Assembly: GCF_013122565.1 (NCBI RefSeq)
Contig: NZ_CP053258.1
Reading direction: 5' to 3' (one strand)
From: Escherichia coli
GTDB taxonomy: Bacteria; Pseudomonadota; Gammaproteobacteria; Enterobacterales; Enterobacteriaceae
Length of the DNA stretch: 64,000 bases
The notes below the pieces were generated by a model. It worked only from the letters and a program-made list of their open reading frames with translations, was not told the DNA's origin and did no database searches. Within the stretch, counting starts at the first letter, position 1. Each line of letters begins with the position of its first letter. A program made the position numbers and the translations under genes. Shown here piece by piece: positions 11,001-20,296 of this stretch.

Positions 11001-11329
11001 TGGGACCCCCTTTTGATTTCTTGTTTGACACTTGCAGTTGCCAGACCGCAAGGTGTTTTAACAAATCAAAAGGGGTTTTAATAACTGGCTCAAAGCTGAA
11101 AGCTTTCCGGAACCCCCAGTCTAGCTGGGGGTTTTCTGTGCACAAGAAGAGCCCGTACGAAAGTACGGGCTTTTTTTTCGTATATTGCACACACCGGGTG
11201 CCCCCGCCCACGTCTGTTAGGGCGAGGGGAAATCGTACACATCAACTGTCTGATTGCTCAGTCAACAATCAAAATGCGCAAGAGAGTACAGAACATATAT
11301 GCGCTATCTGGTCACTTCCTGTAACTTCC

Positions 11330-12316
11330 TCACTTATTAAAATGCCCCCAACGGAAATACATGTCACATGCCATCATAAAATCGTTATGCCAGAGGAACC
11401 GACAATGGAAAAAATAGTAAATTAAGCACGGTACATAGCAGAGTAAAAAATAGGCTTCAAACCAAATCCGCCATTCCACAAGCGTTGCCAATACCGACAC
11501 CAGCGTAATCCACATCACTTCAATAACCAGCAATATGAATAACCGAAGCCAAAGCGGCTTGGCAAAAAAGGTCGACAACGCATTTTCACTGGAGAAAAAC
11601 AGATCGATTTCCTGCAAAAAAAGCCTGCCCAGAAAAGCGTACCGCTTGGAGAAGCGCAGAAAAAACAGATTAATCGCCAACACTACGCCACAAAGAATGA
11701 GCAATGCAATTATCGATTTAAACGTTAACCACTGCCCCTCTGTCACAAAAGAGTTACTGTTACGCAACGGGCTGATAGTAAGCAGGTTAACAACCGTTGA
11801 GATACACACCGAAAGCAGCACATAGCGAGTCAGACTTTTATATTTTACTTTTTTCGCTACTGAAATAGCGACCTGCTTGACATAACTGGTGCGGATCATC
11901 CGAAACAACAGAAAGATGACCAACGGCCCAAGTAACGAAATCAGGAACAGCGCATATAACGAGGGTAGAAGCTGGTATAGCCCCCAACTCATTGCACTCA
12001 ACATGATTAACGACAGAAATCCTGCCACCAGAGGTTGTGTAAGAAATAATTCTATTTTGTGGTTCTGCTTTTTCTTAAACCACGAAAAATCGATATTCTT
12101 CGTGACGCATTTATAAGCCCAGTACGCCTTGAGATCAAAAATAAAATTATACAGCACCAGGACCAGAATCCCACTAACTACACCAATATCCTCTGATGGA
12201 AAAGTAAACCCTGCATTTTTCCAATAAAAGCCTATCAGAATAAGTCCAATAGCATAAATGTATATCAGATTTCGTTTATCCTGAAAGCGAATAAAAGTTA
12301 AATAATCAGGAATCAT
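11330..12316 (-). CDS. ycdU: Polytopic inner-membrane protein, 328 aa (YcdU-like), last gene of the 17-gene array
   Basis: Hydrophobic multi-helix ORF; start overlaps stop of upstream FabD-like gene by 4 bp; size matches E. coli YcdU. Confidence 0.55.
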   Translation of the reverse strand: MIPDYLTFIRFQDKRNLIYIYAIGLILIGFYWKNAGFTFPSEDIGVVSGILVLVLYNFIFDLKAYWAYKCVTKNIDFSWFKKKQNHKIELFLTQPLVAGFLSLIMLSAMSWGLYQLLPSLYALFLISLLGPLVIFLLFRMIRTSYVKQVAISVAKKVKYKSLTRYVLLSVCISTVVNLLTISPLRNSNSFVTEGQWLTFKSIIALLILCGVVLAINLFFLRFSKRYAFLGRLFLQEIDLFFSSENALSTFFAKPLWLRLFILLVIEVMWITLVSVLATLVEWRIWFEAYFLLCYVPCLIYYFFHCRFLWHNDFMMACDMYFRWGHFNK

Positions 12317-13257
12317 TTGAATACCTTCGCATCACTAAATGCTTTACGACAATGCATAACTCGTTGCTGATCCACGCCAGCAAAATCATTTAACATATTC
12401 CCCAAATAGGGCTTATTACTTATTTCAAGGAAAGCTACCGGGGTTGGCATATTCAGAAATGTATCGAGAGATTCAGTCCATTTCACCGTATGAGTTAAGT
12501 GTAATGAGAGATTTTCTTTGATAATTGACGGAGCGACCTCGCTTTTTGCTGTTACGTTCATCAGAACCTGATGCTCTGGCGAAGCGATATCCAGTCCGGC
12601 AAGATAATCGCGCATTGCCTGAACGCCGTCTTCCATCAAACGCGTGTGCCAGGCACCGCTCACACCGAGTTTAACCGGTTCGTACCCAGCGGCCATCAGC
12701 AGCGTGGCAAATTCATTCAACGCAGTCTGCGTTCCCCCAATAACCTGCTGGCGCGGCGTGTTATCACAGCTAATATCCAGCGCAATGCCTGATTCCGTAA
12801 TCATCGTCTGCAGTTGTTCGCGGTTGATGCCTTTAACCGCCAGCATTGCGCCTTTATTTCTCTGGCTTTCGTCATGCATCAGGCTGGCTCTGAAGTGAAT
12901 CATGCCAAATAGCGTCTCAAGAGAAATAGCTCCAGCGGCGTAGAGCGCACTGTATTCACCAACGCTGTGTCCGCAGGAGCCCACAACCGTTAAATTCTCA
13001 AGACGCTCGCGGCACAGGGTATAGAGCGTTACATTAATTGCGGTCACCGCCAGTTGTTGTACCGTCGTTTGAATAAGGCGATTCATCGGCCCTTTCTGAC
13101 ACAGGCGACGCAGGTTCAGTCCGGAAATATCGCTGGCACAATCCCAGATATGTTTTGTACTGGCGTTGAGATCCCAAAGATCGCTGCCCATACCAATAAC
13201 CGGATTACCCTGACCGGCAAAAAGCAGTACTGTCGGTTGTGAAGCATTATTCATCAT
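12313..13257 (-). CDS. Malonyl-CoA:ACP transacylase-like acyltransferase (FabD family)
   Basis: FAGQG N-terminal motif and GHSVGE active-site serine motif. Confidence 0.8.
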   Translation of the reverse strand: MMNNASQPTVLLFAGQGNPVIGMGSDLWDLNASTKHIWDCASDISGLNLRRLCQKGPMNRLIQTTVQQLAVTAINVTLYTLCRERLENLTVVGSCGHSVGEYSALYAAGAISLETLFGMIHFRASLMHDESQRNKGAMLAVKGINREQLQTMITESGIALDISCDNTPRQQVIGGTQTALNEFATLLMAAGYEPVKLGVSGAWHTRLMEDGVQAMRDYLAGLDIASPEHQVLMNVTAKSEVAPSIIKENLSLHLTHTVKWTESLDTFLNMPTPVAFLEISNKPYLGNMLNDFAGVDQQRVMHCRKAFSDAKVFK

Positions 13258-13267
13258 CTCTTTATCC

Positions 13268-14656
13268 TTATAGATAGTATTTAAAGCCCAAATAAAGGCC
13301 TAACGTGTCGCCAAAAAGCGCAAATTCAGAATACCGACTTCCCAGCGCGCTATAGCCACCGGCATAGGCTTCAAGCTGGTTACTGATAGCGCTGAGCGGC
13401 GTGGAATAATGCAGGCCCAGCAACGTACTGCCATCAATGAGATTGACCACCAGCGAAGGCTGCAGCGTCGACTCTCCCGCCAGCGGCAGACTGGCCCAGG
13501 CGTTCAGATAGTGCTTACCCTGCAGCATCCCCTGATTGGCGGTATTGCTGATTTCTGAAGCCATCAGGTATTTGTAAGAATCAAATGCCTGATCCAGTGG
13601 CGCATAGCCGGTTGTGGTATTGAGGAAGTCAATTAACTCGCGCTGCTGACGCTGTTCAGCGCGCGAATAACCCTCGCTCTGAAAGTAATACTCAACGCCA
13701 AACACGCTGAAATTATCACTGGTGTACTGCCCACCCAGCGCCAGCTCCACGCCGCTTTCATCTTTCGTTTCATAGAGCGAATCCGGAAACTGATATTCCT
13801 CGACCTGCGCCGTCTCACGGTGGGAAAGATGCCGCCATTGCTGGGAGCGGTGGTAGGCTGCGTCGACATTCAGCGTAAGCTGCGGGGTGTAGTGATAACT
13901 GTCAGACAGCGCGAGTGACGGCGATGGTCCGAGCCGCACATTGACTGTCGGCGTGTGCTCACCAAAGCGATGATCGCTGAAGCTCAGCAGATAGGCTTCG
14001 TCGCTGTTTCCCTGCTGATTAGCCGACCAGTTGCCAGACGTCACATAGCGTTTGTCGATGGTGGCTAACTTCGGTATGACACTCGCCGAAAACGCATAAT
14101 CGCGTGTATCCACGCTCATTTTTGCGCCCCACGATGACGCCTGATACGCCGATGTCATTTTGGGATCGTGCAAACGCGTCGACTGGAATCCAGTGTAATA
14201 ATGCGTTTGCAAATCAGAAGGCGAACGCAAAAAGAACATTCCTGACGGCGCGGCAAATTTGCCTGCTTCAAATTGAACGCTGTCCGAGGCACTATAGACC
14301 AGACTGAAGCGGTTAATTAACGCACGCGTGCGGCTATCATCCGTTTCGAATTTCCCTGCAGGTTTAAGCGCATATTCGTTTATTCCATACAGATTGAGCT
14401 TAAGGTCCAGCGTATTGTCGATTATTGAACAACCACTATTGATGCCAATCCCCGCCTCCTGATAACCGTTGTGACGTGTGTAGGGATTTTTGCCTGCAAT
14501 CTGCCAGGCCGAAGCCTGTTTATTGACATAAGACACCTGCTCGTAGAGCGTCACATCGCTGTTTTGTGCCACCTCGTCACCTGACAGGCAATCCGCCTGT
14601 ACCGTCAACGGCAGCGCAACACACAGCAACGAAGAGATCTTCAGCGTGCGTTTCAT
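13268..14656 (-). CDS. Predicted outer-membrane beta-barrel protein, 462 aa
   Basis: Signal peptide MKRTLKISSLLCVALPLTVQA; Gly/Tyr/Ser-rich alternating pattern; function unknown. Confidence 0.45.
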   Translation of the reverse strand: MKRTLKISSLLCVALPLTVQADCLSGDEVAQNSDVTLYEQVSYVNKQASAWQIAGKNPYTRHNGYQEAGIGINSGCSIIDNTLDLKLNLYGINEYALKPAGKFETDDSRTRALINRFSLVYSASDSVQFEAGKFAAPSGMFFLRSPSDLQTHYYTGFQSTRLHDPKMTSAYQASSWGAKMSVDTRDYAFSASVIPKLATIDKRYVTSGNWSANQQGNSDEAYLLSFSDHRFGEHTPTVNVRLGPSPSLALSDSYHYTPQLTLNVDAAYHRSQQWRHLSHRETAQVEEYQFPDSLYETKDESGVELALGGQYTSDNFSVFGVEYYFQSEGYSRAEQRQQRELIDFLNTTTGYAPLDQAFDSYKYLMASEISNTANQGMLQGKHYLNAWASLPLAGESTLQPSLVVNLIDGSTLLGLHYSTPLSAISNQLEAYAGGYSALGSRYSEFALFGDTLGLYLGFKYYL

Positions 14657-15441
14657 TTCGCACCTCGCTGAATATACTCTTTGGTGAAATGAAACTCTGG
14701 CAGCGATTCCAGACGAACATCGCTGTACTCCATCACTGAATAGTTATTGCCGTGACGGACATCGGTAACGGTTATTTTCATGGGTCGCGTTTTCCCCAGC
14801 ACCGGCTGGAAATCCTGATACAACACTTCTTTTATTAACTGGTCATCCTGCGAGTAATAGGCCGCCTTCCACGGGCGATTATCACCGTCTTTTTCAACGT
14901 AATAGATAACCTTCGGCCAGGTGATATCCGCCGATTTACGCACAAGCGCCAGCTTGTAACACTGCTTTTCAGCACAAGAGACTTCCCCCACAAGGGTCGA
15001 GTCATAGGCATATTCAAAGTTAGTGACAATGACATCGCCGTTAGAGATTTGCCCAATTAATCTTTGTTGCCGTGAAATAGGCATCGGACGTCGCAGTTCC
15101 GGCGTGTAAAACCATAAATCGTACCAGTCGGAAAGCATGACTTTTCCTTTATCTCGCGGCGGATAAATAAAACGCACCAGCGAGCGCGCATCCGCTTTTT
15201 CATTACCCAGCGGTTTCATAAAACGCATGGAAATATCGAGGACCTGTTTATTCTCTGGCTGGGTTACGCCCGCTTTATATTCCGTTACCGTCAGCGTGTA
15301 ACGAAACGGTTTATTCGGCGAACGAATTTCGTCAGCGCGACGAATTATATCCAGCGCCTTATTATCTGTGCTCGCCGCCTGAACGCACGACGTAGCGAGC
15401 CACAGGCAAGCAAACCACTTGCCGTAAAAAGCCATATTCAT
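14653..15441 (-). CDS. Secreted LolA-like / lipoprotein-sorting-like protein (tentative), 262 aa
   Basis: Signal peptide; size and context next to FtsX-type permease and OMP; assignment by context and recollection of similar clusters. Confidence 0.4.
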   Translation of the reverse strand: MNMAFYGKWFACLWLATSCVQAASTDNKALDIIRRADEIRSPNKPFRYTLTVTEYKAGVTQPENKQVLDISMRFMKPLGNEKADARSLVRFIYPPRDKGKVMLSDWYDLWFYTPELRRPMPISRQQRLIGQISNGDVIVTNFEYAYDSTLVGEVSCAEKQCYKLALVRKSADITWPKVIYYVEKDGDNRPWKAAYYSQDDQLIKEVLYQDFQPVLGKTRPMKITVTDVRHGNNYSVMEYSDVRLESLPEFHFTKEYIQRGAK

Positions 15442-15449
15442 AATCAGTC

Positions 15450-16760
15450 CTACGAGAATTTAAATGCGTCAGAAATATTCAGCCGGGAAGCACGTAAAGC
15501 CGGTAACACAGAGGCACCTGTTGCTGTCAAAATAGGTAATACCACCGTCACCCAAATCAATTCCGGGTTACTGGTTTTTATAAAGGCGGTATAGCCGATG
15601 GTTTGTCCCGGCGATGGCGGCATCGCAATACCATAAAGATTAATAATCCAGGCTAGCGCCCCCCCCACCAGTAGGCTACCGACTGCGCCAATCACACCAA
15701 TAAAAATGCCTTCCGTCAGAAACAAGCGCGTGACGTGAAGCGGCTTCAGGCCTATGGCACGCAGAGTGGTAATTTCACGGGTGCGTTCAGCAATGTTCAT
15801 TGCCATCGAATTGCTGATCATGAAGATGACAATCAGCGCAACAATCAGCTTGATGAAGAAATAGATCCCCGACAGTAACCCCTCAACCTGTTGATAAAAG
15901 AGTGAAACATCACGCCAGTCTTTGACCACCAGCGGCAAATGATTGCGTTCAATAAACTGACGCAGCTTAGCGCTAAACGCCGCGGTGTCATCCTCTTTTA
16001 GCAGGATAAGCACTTTGCTGACGCCATCCGTACCCATCATGCGCTGCGCGGTGTCCAGCGGGATCTTCATCGCGACATCGTCATAATCTTTAATGCCTGA
16101 CTCAAAAATGCCACGCAGTTTTAGCGACAATGCGCCCTGCCCGCCCGCCGTGTTGACGACCATCACATCCAGCCAGTCGTCATATTTCGCATTCAACGTT
16201 TTCGCCAGACCGCTGCCCAGGGTGATTTCATCACCTTTTACCCGGGAAAGATCGCTCCCCGCGATAATCTTATCGAACGAGCCCAGCTTTAAAGCGGGTA
16301 ACGGCTCCACCCCTAGCGCGGAGAAATAGCTGGAGGTTTCGCTCTCGTAATGTGAAATTACGCCAGTAAACTCCAGTTGCCCGGAGAGCGTGGAAATATC
16401 CGCCGCCAGCGTCGGGTCCGACAAAATAGCTTTCTTTAACGCCGCATAATCGGCAATCAGGCTCTTATTTTTATTCGACGTTTCAAAATAGTGCTGATTG
16501 TAAATCTGTACATGACCAATATTGGTACGAATCGTCTGCTCTTTCAGGATCCAGAAAGAGTAATCAATAAATCCGCCATATAAAAAAATTGCCACGCCAC
16601 CCAATACAATGGCGGTTATAGTAGAAAAAGAGCGACGCTTGTGGCGAAAGAGATTCAAAAATGCAAATTTGACATCTCGTGAATAAAACAGAAGCTGATA
16701 AAACACAAAAAACAGAATCAGCAGCAGAACGCAATTAACAGCTAAAATTTCCCCGGACAT
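15450..16760 (-). CDS. ABC transporter permease, FtsX/MacB/LolCE family (N-terminal TM, large periplasmic domain, C-terminal 3-TM bundle)
   Basis: Topology and C-terminal FtsX-like segment; start codon abuts stop of upstream gene. Confidence 0.65.
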   Translation of the reverse strand: MSGEILAVNCVLLLILFFVFYQLLFYSRDVKFAFLNLFRHKRRSFSTITAIVLGGVAIFLYGGFIDYSFWILKEQTIRTNIGHVQIYNQHYFETSNKNKSLIADYAALKKAILSDPTLAADISTLSGQLEFTGVISHYESETSSYFSALGVEPLPALKLGSFDKIIAGSDLSRVKGDEITLGSGLAKTLNAKYDDWLDVMVVNTAGGQGALSLKLRGIFESGIKDYDDVAMKIPLDTAQRMMGTDGVSKVLILLKEDDTAAFSAKLRQFIERNHLPLVVKDWRDVSLFYQQVEGLLSGIYFFIKLIVALIVIFMISNSMAMNIAERTREITTLRAIGLKPLHVTRLFLTEGIFIGVIGAVGSLLVGGALAWIINLYGIAMPPSPGQTIGYTAFIKTSNPELIWVTVVLPILTATGASVLPALRASRLNISDAFKFS

Positions 16761-17417
16761 TTACTCACCTTTCATCAGCGGCAGCAGTACCTGGGTTAAC
16801 TCTTCACTATCCCATTCTGGTACAACATTAAAATCATGCGTCAGCGACTGCGCTAGCGCGGTGTTTTGCCCTTTAATTTGCGCCAACAACGCATTCGCGC
16901 GGGTGGTGTCCTTGCAGTGACGTAATGCGCGATAACGCATCGCCAGAATATGGTCGCGGATCGTTGTCGTCCATATCGCCGGGTCAGCCAGCATGTGTTC
17001 GGTATCTTTGACTGTCACCACGCAACGCCCTGAATCTGCGGGTAAATAGGCATCTACGCGGGCACGTAAATACCGTACGCGTTGATTTTTCTCCTGCAAA
17101 TCCACCGCTTCATCCAGCCAGAAAAAGCCGCTTTTGGCGTATTCTGAGGCATGGATAAAATCGTTTGTTGCCGCATAACTGTCTGCCTGACGCAGTAAGC
17201 CATAGGCATAAAAAACCAGCGCCACCACATTGTGCCTGGCGTCATACTCTTTCTTTAACGCCTCGGTCAGCATCGCCAGCGCGGCAGGCTGCGCCGGGAG
17301 CCCCTGTTGCAGAACCTGGTTAACGGCGTCGGGTGTTGCCGCGTAAATCTTCGGGGCCAAAAACGCCGCGTACAAAAAGACGCCGATGAGCAAAAATCCT
17401 TTATGCATCTGAGTCAT
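16761..17417 (-). CDS. Secreted hypothetical protein, 218 aa
   Basis: Signal peptide [26 protein letters not shown]; overlaps ABC ATPase gene end. Confidence 0.4.
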   Translation of the reverse strand: MTQMHKGFLLIGVFLYAAFLAPKIYAATPDAVNQVLQQGLPAQPAALAMLTEALKKEYDARHNVVALVFYAYGLLRQADSYAATNDFIHASEYAKSGFFWLDEAVDLQEKNQRVRYLRARVDAYLPADSGRCVVTVKDTEHMLADPAIWTTTIRDHILAMRYRALRHCKDTTRANALLAQIKGQNTALAQSLTHDFNVVPEWDSEELTQVLLPLMKGE

Positions 17418-18108
17418 GAATCAATACTCCATCCTGAATTTCAACCACTCGCCGTGCCCGCGCTTTTAATTCGCTGGAGTGCGTGGAAATAACAAATGTG
17501 GTGCCTGTCTGCTGATTAATCGTCAACAGCAGGTCCAAAATAGCCTCGCCGGTTGACAGGTCTAAATTTCCCGTCGGTTCATCGGCAATGACCACCATCG
17601 GTTCGTGTGCCAGTGCCCGGGCGATGGCGACACGCTGTTGTTGACCGCCCGATAGTTGCCCAGGTTTGCGATCGCCAAAACCGCTTAATCCGACGCTATC
17701 GAGATAATGCAGCGTCCGTTCAGTGGCTTCTTTTTTACTGAACTGGCCATTAAGCACCAATGGGAAATAAACGTTATCGAAAACATTTAATACCGGCATA
17801 AGATTAAAAAACTGAAAAATAAAACCCAGATGTTTTCCACGAATCACAGCTAACTGCTCTTCCGGCAGTTGGTTCAGTAATTTATTTAAAAATATCACCG
17901 TTCCGCTGGTCGGTTTATCAATACCCGAGAGAATATTCAACAGAGTACTTTTACCACTGCCTGATGGCCCACACAGTGCGAGAAATTCGCCTTTATTGAT
18001 ATCAAGATTAATGCTTTTAAGCGCATCAACCTTTCCTGCCCCGGCACCATAACACTTGTAAATGTTGCTAAGCGAAATAGCGGGCAACGATTTAATAGTA
18101 GATTGCAT
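17401..18108 (-). CDS. ABC transporter ATP-binding protein (LolD/MacB-type), ~235 aa from ATG 18108
   Basis: Walker [10 protein letters not shown], signature [15 protein letters not shown], Walker B VVIADEPT; start chosen downstream of the 317-aa gene stop with AGGA upstream. Confidence 0.85.
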   Translation of the reverse strand: MQSTIKSLPAISLSNIYKCYGAGAGKVDALKSINLDINKGEFLALCGPSGSGKSTLLNILSGIDKPTSGTVIFLNKLLNQLPEEQLAVIRGKHLGFIFQFFNLMPVLNVFDNVYFPLVLNGQFSKKEATERTLHYLDSVGLSGFGDRKPGQLSGGQQQRVAIARALAHEPMVVIADEPTGNLDLSTGEAILDLLLTINQQTGTTFVISTHSSELKARARRVVEIQDGVLIHDSDA

Positions 18109-18118
18109 ACGACTGTCG

Positions 18119-19072
18119 TTATCCTTCAAGGTATTCAAGGTCAAAGTAGTGATAACCAAACTGTTTATCGGCAATGACCGTACGCATTTTTCCACCGGGC
18201 TGAATATGACGGGTTAAATAATCCATACTCAGCGCGGGCGTCAGACAACCGCTTTCTCCGTAATGGGCTACCAGGTCGATAACGCCAGCAGCAGGCCGGG
18301 ACGGCATTTGTCGCCGTTCGCTGAAGGCCATGACATCAATATCCGTAGCATGCTGTGGCGCAGTGCCGGAATGATATTCCCCGCATTGCAGCCTGATGGC
18401 GCTCTCACGCTGGCTGAGAATAAAACAACCCACGCGTTCAACAGATAAATTCACCTCATCAGCACGACGGGGGAATAAACGCTTAGGCGGTTTACCCACA
18501 TCCTCTTCAGAGAATACCAGTACCGGAATTGCCCGATAGGCAGCGCAAATCACCACGTTATCGAATACATCCCAGGCGAGATAATCCTGCGCCATACGCA
18601 GCGCCTGAACGAATGCCTGTTTTTCGCCACGAATTTTGCAAGTCGGCTCAGTTATCGAAAACTTCTTAAGTAAATTCTTGGGAAGCGTATCAATAGTGGC
18701 GATATGCAGCGCACTGGAAATTTTTTCAAACGGACCGGATTCGCCCCAGGAATCGGCATAAATAAATGCCGTGCGCGATTTCATTAACTTCATGCGTTCT
18801 TTAGTCGGCATTTGTTGTAATGCAGAATCGGTCACCTGCTCCATCGCCTCAAGGTAAGGCATATATTGCGGATTACGGATCCGTTCCGGCGCATAAATAT
18901 CGTTCTCAACGCCAAAGCGCTTCAGCCCCCAGCCATTAGCACGGGTGCCATATAATCCTCTTTCGTACATATGTGCTTCCCAGGCGTTGAGCCAGGTCGG
19001 CTGATAAAAATAAAAAATGTCGTCCGGTTCCGTAAGCGCCCAGGAAGACAGGTAGATACTCTTTTCCGTCAT
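18119..19072 (-). CDS. Hypothetical protein, 317 aa, unknown function
   Basis: ORF in operon context, 4-bp overlap with upstream KS gene; no motif recognised. Confidence 0.5.
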   Translation of the reverse strand: MTEKSIYLSSWALTEPDDIFYFYQPTWLNAWEAHMYERGLYGTRANGWGLKRFGVENDIYAPERIRNPQYMPYLEAMEQVTDSALQQMPTKERMKLMKSRTAFIYADSWGESGPFEKISSALHIATIDTLPKNLLKKFSITEPTCKIRGEKQAFVQALRMAQDYLAWDVFDNVVICAAYRAIPVLVFSEEDVGKPPKRLFPRRADEVNLSVERVGCFILSQRESAIRLQCGEYHSGTAPQHATDIDVMAFSERRQMPSRPAAGVIDLVAHYGESGCLTPALSMDYLTRHIQPGGKMRTVIADKQFGYHYFDLEYLEG

Positions 19073-20292
19073 TTCGCGCGCCCCGCTTGCATATTTGACA
19101 TAACAACGCCAATAACCGAACCATCGACACCCACACCAACCTTCAGCAAATGGCGTTTGCTATGGTTTGTCACGCTGCCGTCCGTAAGTACCAGCGAAGC
19201 CATGCTGTCGATAATGACGTCGTTACCAACAGGTGCGATCAGTTGATGATGCGTCAACGAATGGTGGCCAATGATCAGATCGACAACACCGGATCCGGTT
19301 GCGGTATAGCCGATCTGCCCTTTATAGGCGAGAACGGGGATCTGCCGCTCCCCTGCGAACATGGTGATGGCTTTGGCTTCCGCGTTATCGCTCACTGCCG
19401 AACCGTTGCCGTGTGGAAGAATGGCTGCAAGATCATCCAGCGCAATTTCAGCCTGCTTCATCGCGGCCTGCATGACCTTGTGCACGTTAGTGCTAAGCCA
19501 GGAGGCATCGTTGCTGCGGCCCGCGCTGATTTGGGTGTAAGTCGTTTGCACCCTTACGCCCTCACTTTGTTGACGCGCCCGGCGGTGATGAGCGCTTTCC
19601 AGTAGGAGCGCGCTAAAACCTTCTGCGAACGCCACACCTTTACTGTTTTCACCAAACGGCTGAACCTGTTCGCTGTCCAGCATCGATTGCGTTTCCAGGA
19701 ACCAGATATCCTGGGTTTTAATTTTCGAACAGTTCAGCACAATCGCGAGATCAATCCCGCCCTGCTCAATGCCCTGCGTCGCCAGATGCACCGCAGTCAG
19801 TGACGAGTTACTGGTGCAGTTCATGTTAGGCGGCAAATACTGCAAGCGATATTTGCGCGCAAGATGGCTTGAAATCGTGTCCTGCGACATCTTTGAGGCA
19901 TGCAGATTTGTGATGGATTGCGTTAAGTTGATATCTTCTACATCGTTGTAATTATAGAAAGATTTGTAATCCAGCCCGTCGATACGCGGCCCAATACCGG
20001 TCAGATAAACGCGAACGTTGCGCCCGGCCAGGCAATGCTTATCCAGCATTGCCTGTTCCAGGGCTTCGTCGATCAACTGAGACAGCAGGTCCAATGCGCT
20101 ATCGTCCACCTGTTTCAACGTCGCCACTGACGGATTACCCTTAAACCCGCATTTAATGGCTTCCTCGTTGGAGGTAAACCAGGGTGTACGCGCAACGCGT
20201 TTCCCCTGTTTCAGATTGTCAATTAACTGCGAACAGTCTTCGGCATACGGCATCCACACGCTGTAACCCGAAATAATAGCGGCATTGTCCAC
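19069..20292 (-). CDS. Beta-ketoacyl synthase-like protein (start uncertain; GTG 20292 proposed, longest ORF to 20358)
   Basis: Active-site-like NCTSNSS cysteine and HGNGS histidine motifs; thiolase-fold length. Confidence 0.7.
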   Translation of the reverse strand: MDNAAIISGYSVWMPYAEDCSQLIDNLKQGKRVARTPWFTSNEEAIKCGFKGNPSVATLKQVDDSALDLLSQLIDEALEQAMLDKHCLAGRNVRVYLTGIGPRIDGLDYKSFYNYNDVEDINLTQSITNLHASKMSQDTISSHLARKYRLQYLPPNMNCTSNSSLTAVHLATQGIEQGGIDLAIVLNCSKIKTQDIWFLETQSMLDSEQVQPFGENSKGVAFAEGFSALLLESAHHRRARQQSEGVRVQTTYTQISAGRSNDASWLSTNVHKVMQAAMKQAEIALDDLAAILPHGNGSAVSDNAEAKAITMFAGERQIPVLAYKGQIGYTATGSGVVDLIIGHHSLTHHQLIAPVGNDVIIDSMASLVLTDGSVTNHSKRHLLKVGVGVDGSVIGVVMSNMQAGRAK

Positions 20293-20296
20293 AGTC

